From IMG/VR virus record IMGVR_UViG_3300012943_000691, positions 1 through 34,796 of that record: a stretch of DNA of 34,796 bases; one strand, 5' to 3'. This stretch comes from a virus (lineage: Duplodnaviria; Caudoviricetes). The notes below the pieces were generated by a model. It was not told where the DNA came from. It worked only from the letters and a program-made list of their open reading frames with translations, and searched no databases. This document shows positions 34,428-34,796 of the stretch, in pieces (the stretch's first letter is position 1; each line of letters starts with the position of its first letter). Position numbers and translations under genes: made by a program.

Positions 34428-34796
34428 ATGAGCAAGAAGAAGGACAAGGTTGAGGTCCAGCGCTTCCTCACGCCAGCCAAGGCGAAATTCATGAAGCTGC
34501 ACGAGCCGAGCGACGAGACCATCAAGAAGGAAATGGATCGAGACTGGACCAAGGAGCCGAGGGTCTTCGTCGACTGCGGCGAGTTCTACGCCTACAACCC
34601 CAAGCGGCCGGACTTCATGGAGGGGCATCGCCTGTTCAGGGACGCCATCGACGCGTCTCTCGCCTCGCTGATCCTGTCCGTGCTCGCCAAGATGGCCACT
34701 GCGAGCGGCGTCAGCGCGAAGGACCTCGATGAGTGGATGCGCCAGCAGCGGCTTCGCTGGAGCAACGAGAGGAAGTGGGAGCGCCTCGACGGCTGA
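34428..34796 (+). CDS. hypothetical protein
   Basis: SD GGAG before MSKKKDK; 122 aa. Confidence 0.7.
   Translation: MSKKKDKVEVQRFLTPAKAKFMKLHEPSDETIKKEMDRDWTKEPRVFVDCGEFYAYNPKRPDFMEGHRLFRDAIDASLASLILSVLAKMATASGVSAKDLDEWMRQQRLRWSNERKWERLDG

Larger units (their letters stand above)
2579..34796. mobile_element. siphovirus-type prophage / phage-like element (boundaries not determined; left cargo 397-2558 may belong to it)
   Basis: complete head-tail gene set, replication protein and tyrosine recombinase; no att sites identified. Confidence 0.9.

Noticed and set aside
1-34796. att sites, tRNA or CRISPR array
   Set aside because: None recognised by eye; element ends probably lie outside the window.

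Overview
This GC-rich window is almost entirely a siphovirus-type prophage or phage-like element. The minus strand (24372 down to 2579) carries a complete HK97/lambda-like morphogenesis cluster: probable TerS, TerL, portal, minor head protein, prohead protease, major capsid protein, head-tail adaptors, tail tube, fused tail chaperone, tape measure, tail tip with gpJ-like protein, side fibre, fibre chaperone and a probable holin. No endolysin is recognisable. To the right lie a probable origin, a 1086-aa primase-like/SF2-helicase replication protein, small genes and a catalytic-domain-only tyrosine recombinase. Cargo comprises a SAM-methyltransferase + AlkB-family dioxygenase + membrane-anchored protein operon at the left end, and a DarT-like ADP-ribosyltransferase candidate. 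The most striking signal is regulatory. By manual scan, the hexamer TAAATA (core of the T4-type gp55 late promoter TATAAATA) occurs 16 times, always in the direction of local transcription or pointing at a downstream terminator, and in front of most morphogenesis and replication modules. Two genes have their ATG exactly 5 nt after the motif (apparently leaderless). Two have hairpins over the translation-initiation region that only a transcript starting at the motif would escape, which is the T4 late-gene logic. No sigma factor, repressor or antiterminator is visible in the window. Hypothesis (inference): an element that encodes its own virion but is switched on by the late transcription machinery of a T4-like helper phage.
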